Both the position numbers and the translations under genes were made by a program. 48,327 bases of DNA from an uncultured Spirochaetales bacterium (GTDB lineage Bacteria > UBP6 > UBA1177): assembly GCA_964614215.1 (NCBI GenBank), contig CAZTKP010000002.1:1-48327 (forward strand), in the 5' to 3' direction. A model generated the notes under the pieces. It did not search any database. It was not told where the DNA came from and saw only the letters and a list, made by a program, of their open reading frames with translations. Shown piece after piece: positions 18,404 to 28,271 of the stretch; position 1 is the first letter of the stretch, and the number at the start of each line of letters is the position of its first letter.

Positions 18404-19338
18404 TGAAGCTTGTTTCCTTTAATATAGATATCGACCCTATTGACTGCTATTTCGATATTCACGGACTTAAAACAGAAAAAACAACCGATGATCCCGTTTT
18501 TTCAAAAGGGGTGGTGAGATTTCTCGATCTTTTTGAAAAACACGGAATTAAAGCCACTTTTTTTGTGACTGCCTCAAATTTGAGTGAAAACAGCAGAAAA
18601 GTTTTAAAGATGATATCGGAAAAAGGACATGAAATAGGCAATCACACCTGTTCACATGACTACAGACTGACACTTCTTGACAGGGATGAGATAAAAAGTG
18701 AGATCAGAAAAAACCACGATCTTATAAAGGAGATCTCAGGATACAGCTGCACAGGTTTCAGAAGTCCCGGATACAATATGTCGGATGATGTTATCAGTAT
18801 TCTCAAGGAAGAAGAATACCTTTATGACAGCTCTTTCTTTCCTTCACCGATGTACTATCTGGCAAAATGGCTTATCATAAAAATCAAGAGATTAAGAAAA
18901 AGAATATCAAGATCTATTATTTACTCTATGATGGACTGTATCGGAAGGAAAGAGCCATATCAGCTTGGAAAAAGTATCAGAGAAACTGACACTGATAGTA
19001 GTTTTCTCGAACTGCCGATAACGACAGTCACTCCTATAGGCCTGCCTCTGATAGGAACTTCCGCAATAGTTTTCCCTGAATTTATCTATAATCTGATGCT
19101 CAGGCTGTCTTTAAGAAGCGATTACATCAATTTTGAGGCGCATGGAATAGATCTCTGTAAGGTCGAGGACGATGAAAAGTTGATGCAGTTGAAGGATTTT
19201 CAGCCTGACCTGAAGCATTCGCTTGAAAGAAAGATAACAAGATTTGAAAAACTGATCGATCACTATAAGTTAAACGGATATGAGTTCAGAACATTGAAAG
19301 AGATAACAGAGATACACAGATCCGGAGCAAGGTCTTGA
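18403..19338 (+). CDS. Polysaccharide deacetylase (NodB homology domain) family protein
   Basis: 311 aa. Motifs TFFV and GHEIGNHTCSHD. Overlaps the GT2 stop by 1 nt. Confidence 0.8.
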   Translation: MKLVSFNIDIDPIDCYFDIHGLKTEKTTDDPVFSKGVVRFLDLFEKHGIKATFFVTASNLSENSRKVLKMISEKGHEIGNHTCSHDYRLTLLDRDEIKSEIRKNHDLIKEISGYSCTGFRSPGYNMSDDVISILKEEEYLYDSSFFPSPMYYLAKWLIIKIKRLRKRISRSIIYSMMDCIGRKEPYQLGKSIRETDTDSSFLELPITTVTPIGLPLIGTSAIVFPEFIYNLMLRLSLRSDYINFEAHGIDLCKVEDDEKLMQLKDFQPDLKHSLERKITRFEKLIDHYKLNGYEFRTLKEITEIHRSGARS

Positions 19339-20522
19339 CTGAAGAATTTTTTGCAAAACTGTTTGAAAGAAAAAATGGAATAAAGCTGGGGATAGGACGT
19401 GTTGCAGAAGCTTTCCCCCAGATAAAGACAAGAGAAATCCCTGTTTATCATGTAGCAGGAACAAACGGAAAGGGAACGGTTGTTTACTCTATTTCCCATA
19501 TCCTGACACAGAATGGACTTAAGACAGGAAGGTTTATCTCCCCGCATATTTTCAGTTACAATGAAAGAATAGCGGTGGACGGTAGAAATATCAGTGATCC
19601 CGAAATAATTGATATTTACAGCGAACTGGAAAGAACCGTTGATAATTTTGAGGAACTTTCTTTTTTTGAGATTACTTTTCTTGTTGCATGGAAGCATTTT
19701 GAAAATGAGAAATGTGACAGAGTTGTGATAGAGGTGGGCCTCGGAGGCCGGATAGACGCTACAAATGTTATAGACTGGCCGAAAACTGATGTTGTTACAT
19801 CCATTGGCCTGGATCATACCCACATACTTGGAGAAACAGTTGAAGAGATCGCTGTCGAGAAGCTCGGAATAGTAAAGAAAGGCGATATCGTTATTCTTCC
19901 TGTGATGGCACAAAAAGGTCTGAGGGAGTGGATGATATCCAGGATCAGAGAAATAAAGGATGTTGATTTATATAGTGTTGACGATATCTTCAGTAAAGAA
20001 GGAACTTCAAGGAGTATAGTGCAGATAATGAATATGAACATTGCAGCGACTGCAGTTCTTAAGACTGAAGGAACCCGGCACATACCTCATGAAGAAAGTT
20101 TTTATTTTCCCGGAAGGTATGAGCAGATAGAAAACAATGTCTTTATTGACGTTGCACACAATCCGCCTGCAGTACAGACTCTGGTGGATCACATAGCTTC
20201 CATGAACACGAAAATGGTGGTCGTCTATGGAGCAATGAAGGATAAGGATGTGGGTAAGTGTTTGGGAATATTGGCTAATATTGCAGAAAAGATCTTCCCG
20301 GTCTCTCTGGATGTAATGAACAGGGGAGCTGACGTTAAGTATATAGTTGATAGATCCGGAGAAAGTGTAAAGGATCTTTTCCTCTATGGTAAGAATGATG
20401 ATGAAACATTGAAAAAAGCATATCTTTACTCGAAGGAAAAGGGTCTGAAGCTTCTTGTTACAGGTAGTTTCTATACAATTGAAAAGTATGTGGAATGGAG
20501 GCGTAATGCTGACTGTAATTAA
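19335..20522 (+). CDS. folC: Folylpolyglutamate synthase / dihydrofolate synthase
   Basis: 395 aa. P-loop HVAGTNGKGT and a Mur-ligase-type EVGLGGR.DATN motif. The TTG start overlaps the upstream stop (TTGA). Confidence 0.85.
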   Translation: MTEEFFAKLFERKNGIKLGIGRVAEAFPQIKTREIPVYHVAGTNGKGTVVYSISHILTQNGLKTGRFISPHIFSYNERIAVDGRNISDPEIIDIYSELERTVDNFEELSFFEITFLVAWKHFENEKCDRVVIEVGLGGRIDATNVIDWPKTDVVTSIGLDHTHILGETVEEIAVEKLGIVKKGDIVILPVMAQKGLREWMISRIREIKDVDLYSVDDIFSKEGTSRSIVQIMNMNIAATAVLKTEGTRHIPHEESFYFPGRYEQIENNVFIDVAHNPPAVQTLVDHIASMNTKMVVVYGAMKDKDVGKCLGILANIAEKIFPVSLDVMNRGADVKYIVDRSGESVKDLFLYGKNDDETLKKAYLYSKEKGLKLLVTGSFYTIEKYVEWRRNADCN

Positions 20523-20976
20523 AAGGCTTTCACTTATTTATCTGATCTTTCTGGGGATCCTTCTCGGTTATATATATATCTATCAAGGTCTGCATCCTTC
20601 AATGATAGGGGTTTTTCTTGATGCCACTTTCATTTTTCTTCTTGTTATTTTTCTTCTCTATTTCATGGGCCGACCTCCAAAAGATCTTGAATGCATTGAA
20701 AAATTCAGAAATGCGACTGTAGATGCCGGAGTGGTTATAAACAGAAGAAAGCTCAGAAGGTGGGTGAGCTGCTCTGTGTGTATAAACAAGGATCAGCTTG
20801 TTATATGCACATTCGGAAAGATAAGGGAGTCACTGCAAAAGTCCGAAATCTTAGATGCTTACACTGAAGGAACATCACTTGTAGTTGAATTCTCAGATAA
20901 AAAATGGTATCTATCCAGTGAAGATGCCGGGAAAAGTTTGAAAAGACTTCAGAGGTTTAGAGAAGATGAAAGTTGA
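20506..20976 (+). CDS. Hypothetical membrane protein (two N-terminal TM helices plus a soluble C-terminal domain)
   Basis: I prefer the ATG at 20506. The hydrophobic segments are LSLIYLIFLGILLGYIYIY and IGVFLDATFIFLLVIFLLYF. I recognise no family. Confidence 0.55.
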   Translation: MLTVIKRLSLIYLIFLGILLGYIYIYQGLHPSMIGVFLDATFIFLLVIFLLYFMGRPPKDLECIEKFRNATVDAGVVINRRKLRRWVSCSVCINKDQLVICTFGKIRESLQKSEILDAYTEGTSLVVEFSDKKWYLSSEDAGKSLKRLQRFREDES

Positions 20977-22594
20977 GAAACTTTTTCTTAAGAATTTTCT
21001 CATAATTGAGAAAGCGGTAATTGAACTTTCCAAAGGCATGACAACTGTAACCGGTGAGACCGGAAGCGGAAAAAGTCTTTTTATCAGCGCATTAAAGGCA
21101 CTTAAAGGTCATAGGATAAATAAAGAGCTGGTCGGAAGATGGGGAGATACAGGGGAGATATCCGCCGAAGTGATGCTTGAGGAAGAAGACCATGTTCTGA
21201 AACAGAGATGCGAAGAGAGGTCAATATCTCTCGAAGATGGTAACAGGCTGATATTAAAGAGGGTCTACGGCAGAAAAACAGGAGCCTATGTGAATGATTC
21301 CCCTGTCAGTGTCGCACTTTTCGGAGAACTTCTGGGGGATCATATCGAGATAGGAAGTCAGTTTGAGAACAGAGAGCTTTTCAGAAAGGAGTATAGACTT
21401 GCTGTTCTTGATACTTTCATTAAAAATGAGAATGAACTCGAAAAATATAGAGATATCTATTTCAACATGAAAAAAATTGAAAAAGATATTGCCGAGCTGG
21501 AGATCCTTGATGACAGGGGAAAGAGGGAGTATCTCGAATATCAGATAAATGAAATTGATAAGCTTGATATCCGTCGCAATGAATATTCGGAACTGTCAGA
21601 CAAGATCAGTTTTATCGAGAACAGGTCAAAGATCGTTGCCCTGGGAGAAGAACTGGTTCTGGTTCTGGAATCGGCTTGTGAAAATGTTGAGAAGGCTGCA
21701 GATCTCTCCGATGATCTTTCAAAGTTAACTGATCTCAAAGATATTGCTGAAAGACTGAATAGCGCTTCGATCGAACTGGCCGATATCAGAAGGGGTTTTT
21801 CGATTCCTGATCACGATCTTGAAGATGCTGATCCTGAAGAATTAAGGAAAAGGTACGACAGGCTTTCATCCATGCTTATGAAACATTCCTGTTCAGACTC
21901 CTCAGAGCTTCTGGAAAAACTGGAAAAAATGCAGTTCGAACTTGAGGATCTTAATGAAGTTCCTCAGAAAATATCACACTTTAAAGATGAGTTGGCTAAG
22001 ATAAACAGCGAACTTCTGAAAAAAGCCGAAGTGTTGAGAAAAAAGAGGCTTGAAGGTGCCCCTGAGCTTGAAAAAAGGATAGGAGGCTATCTTAGAAAGT
22101 TCGGAATGGAGGGGGTTGATCTGGAAGTGGATGTTGAAAAGACCGCAAGTCCGGGAGAGAACGGAATAGATGACGTCATGTTCAGAATGGATACTACGGG
22201 ATCATCAAAACATTCTGACATCTCAACTCTAAGTGGCGGAGAGCTTTCAAGGTTTCTTCTTGCGGTGAAACTTATAGATAAAGAAAGAGGCCGGCTGCTT
22301 CTTTTTGATGAGATAGACTCCAGTATCGGAGGAGAGACGGCAAAGAACGCTTCGAAAGAAATGAAGAAGAACAGTAAGTATAATCAGGTTGTTGTTGTAA
22401 CTCATTTTCCACAGACGGCGGCATCTGCCGACGAGCATCTGGTCGTTGAAAAGAAAGTGGTTGACGGAAAGGTCTGTGCAATGATCAGAAAGTTAAATGA
22501 AAATGAGAAAACAAGAGAACTTGCCAGAATGATGGGAGATTCAAGTTCAGGAATGTTTAACGACAGCGCATCTCAAATGCTCAGGGAGGGCTAA
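20966..22594 (+). CDS. recN: DNA repair protein RecN
   Basis: 542 aa. N-terminal Walker A GETGSGKS, a long central coiled coil, and the C-terminal LSGGE ... LLFDEIDSSIGG signature. Confidence 0.9.
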   Translation: MKVEKLFLKNFLIIEKAVIELSKGMTTVTGETGSGKSLFISALKALKGHRINKELVGRWGDTGEISAEVMLEEEDHVLKQRCEERSISLEDGNRLILKRVYGRKTGAYVNDSPVSVALFGELLGDHIEIGSQFENRELFRKEYRLAVLDTFIKNENELEKYRDIYFNMKKIEKDIAELEILDDRGKREYLEYQINEIDKLDIRRNEYSELSDKISFIENRSKIVALGEELVLVLESACENVEKAADLSDDLSKLTDLKDIAERLNSASIELADIRRGFSIPDHDLEDADPEELRKRYDRLSSMLMKHSCSDSSELLEKLEKMQFELEDLNEVPQKISHFKDELAKINSELLKKAEVLRKKRLEGAPELEKRIGGYLRKFGMEGVDLEVDVEKTASPGENGIDDVMFRMDTTGSSKHSDISTLSGGELSRFLLAVKLIDKERGRLLLFDEIDSSIGGETAKNASKEMKKNSKYNQVVVVTHFPQTAASADEHLVVEKKVVDGKVCAMIRKLNENEKTRELARMMGDSSSGMFNDSASQMLREG

Positions 22595-22595
22595 A

Positions 22596-23321
22596 ATGAA
22601 AAAAACTGCGATATGTATTCCCACATACAATGAGAAGGAAAACATCATAAAGATAATTGAAGCAGTACACAAGGAACTTCCCGAAGCGGATATTCTTGTT
22701 GTTGACGACAATTCACCGGATAAGACAGCCGAGATAGTAAACGAGTTCATGAAAGAGAACGACTATGTTTCGGTAAAGGTCAGAAACGCCAAAGAAGGTC
22801 TGGGTGCGGCCTATGTGGATGGTTTCTCTACACTGATCGAAAGGGGCTATGAACAGATAATTCAGATGGATGCGGATTTCTCTCATAAGCCGGAGTATCT
22901 TCCTGAAATGATTAAGAAAATGGATGAAGGTTTCGATCTTGTTGTCGGGTCCAGGTATGTTAAGGGTGGAGGCACGAGAAACTGGAATATAGTCAGAAGG
23001 ATCATATCCAGAGGCGGTAGTTTCTATGCTTCAACAATTCTAAACCTCGGAGTTAATGATGTCACAGCAGGGTTTAAGTGCTGGAATGCCGAACTTCTGA
23101 AAAAAGTTATAAGTACTCCGCTGGTTCTTTCAGGGTTCGGTTTTCAGATAGAAATGGCCTTCAGGACAAAGATAGCAAAGGCCAGAATTTTTGAGCTTGC
23201 AATTGTCTTTCCGGATAGGGAGGAGGGCGAGAGTAAAATGAGCGGAAAGATCTTTAAGGAAGCTCTGTTCGGAGTATGGAAGCTTAGGATGCTTGGAAAA
23301 AAAATACTGGAGAATAAATAA
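22596..23321 (+). CDS. Polyprenol-phosphate mannosyltransferase-like GT2 enzyme
   Basis: 241 aa. Motifs IPTYNEKENI, VVDDNSPD.T, QMDADFSH.P and GSRY. Confidence 0.85.
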   Translation: MKKTAICIPTYNEKENIIKIIEAVHKELPEADILVVDDNSPDKTAEIVNEFMKENDYVSVKVRNAKEGLGAAYVDGFSTLIERGYEQIIQMDADFSHKPEYLPEMIKKMDEGFDLVVGSRYVKGGGTRNWNIVRRIISRGGSFYASTILNLGVNDVTAGFKCWNAELLKKVISTPLVLSGFGFQIEMAFRTKIAKARIFELAIVFPDREEGESKMSGKIFKEALFGVWKLRMLGKKILENK

Positions 23322-23332
23322 AGGGGGCTAAA

Positions 23333-23770
23333 ATGAAAAAAGATTATTTCTGTCCGAAATGTGAGAAATCTGTTTTTAATTCAATGAGGAACCGTATCAC
23401 ACTTAAAGGTGTTCTTAAAGGGGATTTTTTCTCGATTACATCGGATATCGAACTTAGTGACCAGGTCGGAGAGTTCGGGGGAGAATTTCTGAACAAGGGT
23501 ATTAAAATAGAGCCCGGTGCAGTTGTGGATTTTCATTGTCCCCATTGCAACTGGGACCTGACCGCTGAATTTGATGCAGAGCTTTCTGAGCTGGTCTATC
23601 TGAACGATAGAGGAGAGGAAAGCACTTTCATTATTTCGAACATTGCCGGAAAGGAAATGTCTTTTCTGATTGATAAAGATCAGAAGAAAATTAAAGAATC
23701 ATATGGAAAAAGTAGAGAAGAATATCTGAGAGATACTACGAACTACCTGAGTATGTACAGCAAGTTCTAG
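23333..23770 (+). CDS. Hypothetical zinc-ribbon protein
   Basis: 145 aa. The CPKC ... CPHC pair suggests a four-Cys zinc ribbon. Otherwise unrecognised. Confidence 0.55.
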   Translation: MKKDYFCPKCEKSVFNSMRNRITLKGVLKGDFFSITSDIELSDQVGEFGGEFLNKGIKIEPGAVVDFHCPHCNWDLTAEFDAELSELVYLNDRGEESTFIISNIAGKEMSFLIDKDQKKIKESYGKSREEYLRDTTNYLSMYSKF

Positions 23771-24351
23771 TCTTTAGCGAAGAAAGCGCCGAGCTCTTTT
23801 CCTGCTTTTGCAAAACACTGACCAAGACGGTATCCTGCATCGAAATCAAATCCTGCAGCACCGTATCCGGGTACGTTTCTCATTGTGTAGACAACAACAG
23901 GATCAGTTTCACCTTTCTTGAAGATCTCTATCTCAAGATTGATAGAAGCATCTCTTCTTGAAATACCGATGTTCCAGCCCGGTTCCATGTGTGTTACATA
24001 CACAACCATGTTGAGGTCGCCTTCGACCTTTGTTCCAACTTCAATTCCCTTTTCTTTTGTGTACTCGTTGATAAGAGATTCGAACTTAGGAATGAAAACG
24101 GTAGTTTTCTGTGTTTCCCATTTTTCTCTGAAGTCGGCTTTTCCGTCTGCTTCCTTTTTTGCAACGTACTCTTCTTCTGAAGAGAATTTACCTACAGCTG
24201 CTTTGCTGTAATCGATCTTAAGACTGATCTTTTTTACACCCTGAAGGTAGCTTTTTGTCTTGTCACCTGTCTTGTATGCAACCATTGAGCCGCATGCAGC
24301 GAAGATGAAGAGAGAAAAAAGAGCGATTGAAACTACACTGATCTTTTTCAT
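23767..24351 (-). CDS. Hypothetical lipoprotein
   Basis: 194 aa. Signal peptide with lipobox (FAAC). Convergent with the zinc-ribbon gene, overlapping it by 4 nt. Confidence 0.65.
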   Translation of the reverse strand: MKKISVVSIALFSLFIFAACGSMVAYKTGDKTKSYLQGVKKISLKIDYSKAAVGKFSSEEEYVAKKEADGKADFREKWETQKTTVFIPKFESLINEYTKEKGIEVGTKVEGDLNMVVYVTHMEPGWNIGISRRDASINLEIEIFKKGETDPVVVYTMRNVPGYGAAGFDFDAGYRLGQCFAKAGKELGAFFAKD

Positions 24352-24493
24352 TTAATGTCTCCAAAAAAAAGTTGGTAAAGAAACCAACTAAGAAAATAAA
24401 TATAAATCAGAATATGTCAAGAAAAGGAGGAAAACTTGAAAACAGTGTACTAATGCTGTAATGTATCGCGAGTAGATTTTACGGAGATTTAAT

Positions 24494-25201
24494 ATGAATA
24501 AGAGAGTATTGTTAAAGATAAGTGGAGAGGCACTTCTGTGTAAGGATGGTAAGCCTATAGACCAGAGTTTTCTGGCCTACCTTTCAAAGGAGATAAAAAG
24601 TGTTTACGATAAAGGTGTCGAAGTTGCAATAGTTGTAGGCGGGGGCAACATTTTCCGTGGGCTTAATGCCAATAGGGAGACTGGTCTTGACCGTGTTACC
24701 GGAGACTACATGGGTATGCTCGGTACTGTTATAAACAGCCTTGCTTTAAAAACGGCTTTTGAGGCTAGCGGAATGCCTTCAAGAGCAATGACCGCAATTG
24801 AGATTCCGAAAGTTGCAGAGCCGTTCATAAGAGGACGTGCTCTTAGACATCTTGATAAGAAAAGGGTTGTTATTTTCGGCGCCGGTACAGGCAATCCCTA
24901 CTTTACTACGGACACAGCCGCGGCACTTAGAGCTGCTGAGATCAATGCGGACCTTCTTATCAAGGCTACAAGGGTTGATGGACTTTATGACAAGGATCCC
25001 GAAAAGAACAGTGATGCCGTACTGATAGAGAAAACCACGTATAAAGAAGCACTTGCTAAAAAACTGAGAGTAATGGATATGACTGCACTCTCGCTTTGTG
25101 AAGAGAACAATCTGCCGTTAAGGATCCTTAATATTTTCGAGGAAGGAAATATACTCAGGGCGGTTAACGGAGAGAATATTGGAAGTCTTGTGACAAATTA
25201 A
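24494..25201 (+). CDS. pyrH: UMP kinase
   Basis: 235 aa. Motifs LLKISGEAL, VVGGGNIFRG and GTGNPYFTTDTAAALRA. Confidence 0.95.
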   Translation: MNKRVLLKISGEALLCKDGKPIDQSFLAYLSKEIKSVYDKGVEVAIVVGGGNIFRGLNANRETGLDRVTGDYMGMLGTVINSLALKTAFEASGMPSRAMTAIEIPKVAEPFIRGRALRHLDKKRVVIFGAGTGNPYFTTDTAAALRAAEINADLLIKATRVDGLYDKDPEKNSDAVLIEKTTYKEALAKKLRVMDMTALSLCEENNLPLRILNIFEEGNILRAVNGENIGSLVTN

Positions 25202-25213
25202 ATACCGGAGGAT

Positions 25214-25780
25214 ATGATGTTTGAACAGAACACTTTTTTTGAAAGTTTAAAAGGAAAGTTCGAGAAATCACTGGATGCCTATAAATCAGAGATCGCCCAG
25301 TACAGAACAGGTAAGGCATCTCCCAAACTGCTGGAGCCTGTATCTGTGGATTATTACGGGGTCAACACACCTCTGAACCAGATGGCATCGATCACAGTAC
25401 CTGATGCCAGACTTTTAATGGTGCAGCCTTTTGACAGGTCCTGTCTTAAAGATATAGAAGAGGCGATACGGAATGCTAATATCGGTTTCAATCCGATAAA
25501 TGACGGCGTAACTATCAAAGTTCCCATTCCGGCTCTTACCGAAGAAAGAAGAAAGGACCTCGTAAAACAGCTTAGTCAGCTTACAGAAAAATACCGTGTC
25601 AGCATGAGAAACATCAGAAGAGATGCTCTTGATGAAATAAAGGAAGCGCAGAAAGAAAAAGACATAACAGAAGATGACGAGAAAAAGTTTTCCGATAAGG
25701 TGCAGGAAAAACTTAATGAAATGATCAAGACACTTGAAGATGTGGCTAAAATAAAAGAGAAGGATATCCTTGAACTTTAA
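25214..25780 (+). CDS. frr: Ribosome recycling factor
   Basis: 188 aa. Motifs RTGKASP.LLE, P.LTEERRK.LVK and RNIRRD. Confidence 0.95.
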   Translation: MMFEQNTFFESLKGKFEKSLDAYKSEIAQYRTGKASPKLLEPVSVDYYGVNTPLNQMASITVPDARLLMVQPFDRSCLKDIEEAIRNANIGFNPINDGVTIKVPIPALTEERRKDLVKQLSQLTEKYRVSMRNIRRDALDEIKEAQKEKDITEDDEKKFSDKVQEKLNEMIKTLEDVAKIKEKDILEL

Positions 25781-25796
25781 TTAACGGGAGGATGTC

Positions 25797-27332
25797 ATGA
25801 CGACGCCTAAGTACGTTCTCGGAATAGATCTGGGTACATCCACGACAACGGTTTCAATTGTTAAAGACGGTTTGGCACAGGTTATTCCTATTCCGGGAGA
25901 AGAGGAAGATAAAATAATGCCGTCCGTGGTTTCGTTCCTTAACGAAGGAAAGAATGTCCTGGTCGGTAAGAGAGCTAAGGATAACCGGCACAATGACCCG
26001 GTTAATACGATATACAGCATCAAAAGGATCATCGGTAGAAAATATTCAGACCCTGAAACTCTAAAGTATGCGAGCAAATTCCCTTACAAGGTCGTCGGCG
26101 GTAAAAATGATTCCGTTGAGATCGATATTTATGGAAAAAGGATAACTCCACAGGTCATTTCTTCTCTGGTACTTAAAAAAGCGAAAAAAGCCGCTGCAGA
26201 CTACTTGGGATTTGAAGTTAATGATGCTGTTATTACCGTTCCTGCTAACTATAATGAACCTCAGCGTAGAGCGACGCAGGAAGCGGGAAGACTTGCGGGG
26301 CTTAATGTTCTGCGAATAATAAATGAGCCTACAGCAGCAGCTCTGGCTTATGGTTTCGGTAATAATCTTAACGAAAAAGTTGCGGTTTTTGACTTTGGCG
26401 GCGGAACTTTTGATATAACTATTCTTGAAGTTAAGGATAATTTCTTTGAAGTTCTCTCAACGGATGGAGACAGTTTCCTCGGCGGAGATGATATTGATGC
26501 AGCTCTTGTTCAGTTCATGATAGTTGATATTGAGACGAACTTCAATGTCGAGATGAAGATCAACAGTGAGATGCGCAGTATACTTCTTGCAGAAGCGGAG
26601 AGGATCAAGATAGCTCTTTCTACTGAAGAAAAGATAAGGATCCTTATCAGAGGACTTATCCCTAACGAAGACGGTTCTTTCCATGATTATGATAGAACTC
26701 TGGATAGAGAACTTTTTAAGGAGATAATTTCTCCGATCATCAGAAGAACGTTCAACATCTGTACTAATGCGATAGAGAATGCACATATTGATGTGGAAGA
26801 GCTCGATGCTGTAGTTCTTGTCGGTGGTTCTACAAAAATTCCCTACGTGCAGGAAAGAGTTCGTGAATTTTTCAAACAGCAGCCTTTCTACGGAATAGAA
26901 ACGGTGCTTGTCATTTCGATGGGTGCAAGCATTCTGGGTAATACTCTGGTCAACTCTTTTGATGAGGAAGCCCCTGTGCTTATGGATGTTATTCCTCAAT
27001 CTCTCGGAGTAGGGACTGTCGGGGATTATATCGAGATACTTGTTGAAAGGAATGAGCCGCTTCCGATTGAAAGAACAAGTGTTTTCACCAATGCAACTGA
27101 TAACCAGAATACTGTTAGGATAGAGATATATCAGGGCGAAGGTCAGAGCAAGAACGAGTCTCACTTGATGGGCGAGCTTTTTCTTACTGATCTTAGAAAA
27201 GCTCAGAGGGGCGAACTCAAGATCGAAGTTAAGTTCGAGATAGATACTAACGGAGTTCTTAATGCCAGTGCAGTTGATTTAGAGACAGGACGAGTTCAGA
27301 AACTTTCATTGAATATTCACGGTTTGGAGTAG
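25797..27332 (+). CDS. Non-canonical Hsp70-family ATPase lacking the C-terminal helical lid
   Basis: 511 aa. NBD motifs [26 protein letters not shown] and [10 protein letters not shown]. Linker plus SBD-beta are present ([11 protein letters not shown] ... IDTNGVLN). The ORF stops about 25 residues later, and the next gene starts 6 nt downstream. Confidence 0.85.
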   Translation: MTTPKYVLGIDLGTSTTTVSIVKDGLAQVIPIPGEEEDKIMPSVVSFLNEGKNVLVGKRAKDNRHNDPVNTIYSIKRIIGRKYSDPETLKYASKFPYKVVGGKNDSVEIDIYGKRITPQVISSLVLKKAKKAAADYLGFEVNDAVITVPANYNEPQRRATQEAGRLAGLNVLRIINEPTAAALAYGFGNNLNEKVAVFDFGGGTFDITILEVKDNFFEVLSTDGDSFLGGDDIDAALVQFMIVDIETNFNVEMKINSEMRSILLAEAERIKIALSTEEKIRILIRGLIPNEDGSFHDYDRTLDRELFKEIISPIIRRTFNICTNAIENAHIDVEELDAVVLVGGSTKIPYVQERVREFFKQQPFYGIETVLVISMGASILGNTLVNSFDEEAPVLMDVIPQSLGVGTVGDYIEILVERNEPLPIERTSVFTNATDNQNTVRIEIYQGEGQSKNESHLMGELFLTDLRKAQRGELKIEVKFEIDTNGVLNASAVDLETGRVQKLSLNIHGLE

Positions 27333-27338
27333 CGATAA

Positions 27339-28235
27339 ATGAAAAGTAAGATAATAATTTTGATGCGGGACAAAAAGTACTTGGATTCCCTGGAGAAATT
27401 TGTAAAAGAGAAAGTTCCGGACAGTGAAGTTCTCGCTATCGGGAATACAAAAGACCTTTCAAAACAGGATTTGTCGAGCTATACACTTATAATTGTTTCG
27501 TCACTGCTTCAGGAAGGAGTGTGGCTGAAGGCTCTTCCTATAATTAGAAAAGTTCAGAATTTTATTCTTCTTGCTTTGAAAGATGGTCCTGAACTTAATG
27601 AGGCTGTAGCAAGGAAATACGGGGCTGCAGGTTTTCTAAAACTTCCGATAAACTCGGAAAAGCTTTTGTTCATGATAAATGATATTCTTGATAATGTCAG
27701 GAACGGTGCAAATATCCCGAAGATAGTAACTAACAAGTTCCTCGAAAAAATAAATGAATTCTATGGGAAGATGGACGATCTTAACTACTATGAGCTATTC
27801 AATCTGAAACAGGACTGTACACAGGCGGACATAAAAAAGGAATATATAAAACTTGCAAGAACATATCATCCTGACAAATTCAGGAACGTTCCTTCAGAGA
27901 TCTCAAAAATGGCCTACGAGATAACTAAGAGAGTTAACGAGGCATACTCTGTTCTGAGCCATCCTAACCGTAGATGTATTTTTGACAGCATGCTTAAAGA
28001 ACATCCTGACATGAATAGATTCGATTTCAGAATGAAAGTGGCATACAACCAGAACCCGGAAGATACCATCCGGAATCCGCAGGCTCGAAGATTTGCTCTT
28101 CTAGCTAAGAAAGCTATGGACTCAGGAGATTATAAATCCGCATTGACCCAGTTGAAAATGGCGTCAACTATGGAGAAAAGTAATCAGTACCTTGATCAGC
28201 TTATAGAGGAAGCCAAGAAGGCAATAGAAGGATAG
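27339..28235 (+). CDS. J-domain protein with an N-terminal receiver-like (pseudo-REC) domain and a helical C-terminus
   Basis: 298 aa. J domain: YYELFNL ... YHPDK ... EAYSVLS. The N-terminal ~120 aa show a beta/alpha alternation like CheY, but with Ser at the expected phospho-Asp position (TLIIVSS). Confidence 0.8.
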   Translation: MKSKIIILMRDKKYLDSLEKFVKEKVPDSEVLAIGNTKDLSKQDLSSYTLIIVSSLLQEGVWLKALPIIRKVQNFILLALKDGPELNEAVARKYGAAGFLKLPINSEKLLFMINDILDNVRNGANIPKIVTNKFLEKINEFYGKMDDLNYYELFNLKQDCTQADIKKEYIKLARTYHPDKFRNVPSEISKMAYEITKRVNEAYSVLSHPNRRCIFDSMLKEHPDMNRFDFRMKVAYNQNPEDTIRNPQARRFALLAKKAMDSGDYKSALTQLKMASTMEKSNQYLDQLIEEAKKAIEG

Positions 28236-28271
28236 CTTTTTGAATTATCAACAGACAGACCCCGGAAACTC

